A DNA stretch of 36,171 bases, from NCBI GenBank assembly GCA_042571515.1, contig JBHPHX010000001.1:75508-111678 (forward strand). Direction: 5' to 3'. Shown in pieces: positions 35,077 to 36,171 of this stretch; positions within the stretch are counted from its first letter, which is position 1; every line of letters begins with the position of its first letter. This stretch comes from Patescibacteria group bacterium (lineage in GTDB: Bacteria > Patescibacteriota > WWE3 > UBA101185 > UBA10185). Position numbers and translations under genes: made by a program. The notes beneath the pieces are model-generated. The model had not been told where the DNA came from. It did no database searches and was given only the letters and a program-made list of their open reading frames with translations.

Positions 35077-36171
35077 ATGAATAAATCCGAATTTAATTTA
35101 GACAAGGTTTTTGGAGTACTGTTAGCCCTTTTGGTGTTCTTAATGCCCGTGTTCTTTCTGCCAATCACCACAGAGTTTTTTGAATTTAACAAGTTAATGC
35201 TATTGACTGGGTTTTCCATAATTCTAACTGTATTGTGGATTGTCAAAATCGTACAGAAAAAAGGCCTGGGTGTTGTTAAGTCTGTTATTGATCTTCCGCT
35301 GTTCCTTTTCACCGCTGTAACCGTTCTTTCTGCAATCTTTTCCCTAAACAAAGATACTAGTATCTTTGGAAGTCAGGGGCGCTGGTTTCCAAGTATGTTT
35401 TCGATACTTGTGATGTACGTATTTTATTACATCCTTACAGCAAATCTTAAAGGAAGGGGGGCTATTAAGGCGGTTGTTTACTCCCTCCTAGCCGGGGCCA
35501 CAGCCTCAAGCCTAGTCACTCTATTTAGCTACTTTGGAATGTATGTTGGGTCCGCTTCTTATCTAAAAACACCTTCATTTAATACAACAGGATCTGGAGC
35601 AACTGCTTCAATTTTGGCGGCACTGGGAGCAATAATAGCCTTTTCATCCCTAATATATGAAACAAGAATATCGAGCAAACTTGCGCTTGTTGTTTCTATT
35701 GTTGTTAACTTCTTCCTAGCGTTACTCATCCCATCTTCTGCCTCTTGGGCAGTGTTAGTCATTGGCGGGTTGGGAATTTTGCTTTTCTCAAGTTTTGATC
35801 TAATAAAGAAAAATGGAGTAATTCTTAATATGGTCGCGGGTATAATGCTGGCGCTTACTTTAATGGTACTCTCCCCTACCACTAGAGATTTTATTGTAAA
35901 TGAGAACCATCCACAGGAGCTCAAGCTATCCCCAAAACAGTCCTGGATAATTGCTTCCTCTACAATTCGAGACTTTCCACTACTGGCAACGGGCCCCTCC
36001 TCCTTTTACCTAAATTTTCCACGTTACAGGGCTATTTCTATGAATACAGGTGATTTTTGGAATCTGAATTTTGACAAACCATACAACGAAGTGTTCAATA
36101 GTGTCGCAACCTTAGGTATTGTCGGAACTATTGCCGGAGTATTTCTAGCTATGAAAATGTTAAAAACTTTA
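35077..36171 (+). CDS. Polytopic O-antigen-ligase-like membrane protein, truncated by the window end
   Basis: AGGAGG RBS; MNKSEFNLDKVFGVLLALLVFLMPVFFLPITTEFFEFNK..., many TM helices, PLLATGPSSF..F.RYR...DKPYNE..ATLGIVG. No stop before the edge. Confidence 0.8.
   Translation, partial: MNKSEFNLDKVFGVLLALLVFLMPVFFLPITTEFFEFNKLMLLTGFSIILTVLWIVKIVQKKGLGVVKSVIDLPLFLFTAVTVLSAIFSLNKDTSIFGSQGRWFPSMFSILVMYVFYYILTANLKGRGAIKAVVYSLLAGATASSLVTLFSYFGMYVGSASYLKTPSFNTTGSGATASILAALGAIIAFSSLIYETRISSKLALVVSIVVNFFLALLIPSSASWAVLVIGGLGILLFSSFDLIKKNGVILNMVAGIMLALTLMVLSPTTRDFIVNENHPQELKLSPKQSWIIASSTIRDFPLLATGPSSFYLNFPRYRAISMNTGDFWNLNFDKPYNEVFNSVATLGIVGTIAGVFLAMKMLKTL

Overview
Gene-dense, AT-rich bacterial chromosomal segment. 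Its gene style (apparently leaderless genes, split ComEC, sortase, PEGA protein, GH57/GlgA glycogen cluster, giant surface protein) suggests Patescibacteria/CPR; this is inference, not a database result. Left end: a divergent F-type ATPase-like operon (c-like fusion, b-like, delta-like, alpha-like; no subunit a at the operon start) is transcribed head-to-head with a 2541-aa membrane-anchored protein (MerR-type HTH, TM, 7 FG-GAP repeats, fibre-like repeats, intramolecular-chaperone-like domain, C-terminal beta domain). The c-like protein and the giant protein share a domain, and a 217-aa 'miniature' of the giant protein lies at 34.3 kb. The rest holds competence genes (dprA-comM; comEA-comEC-MBL) and a REP-associated tyrosine transposase, all preceded by the same palindrome, then rplJL with an L10 leader, a glycogen cluster containing a candidate ~100-nt sRNA, mreB/tagA, a sortase, tRNA-Arg and tRNA-Ser, ndk, argS, an ArsR regulator and a truncated O-antigen-ligase-like gene. 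All protein calls come from motif recognition by eye, without searches.
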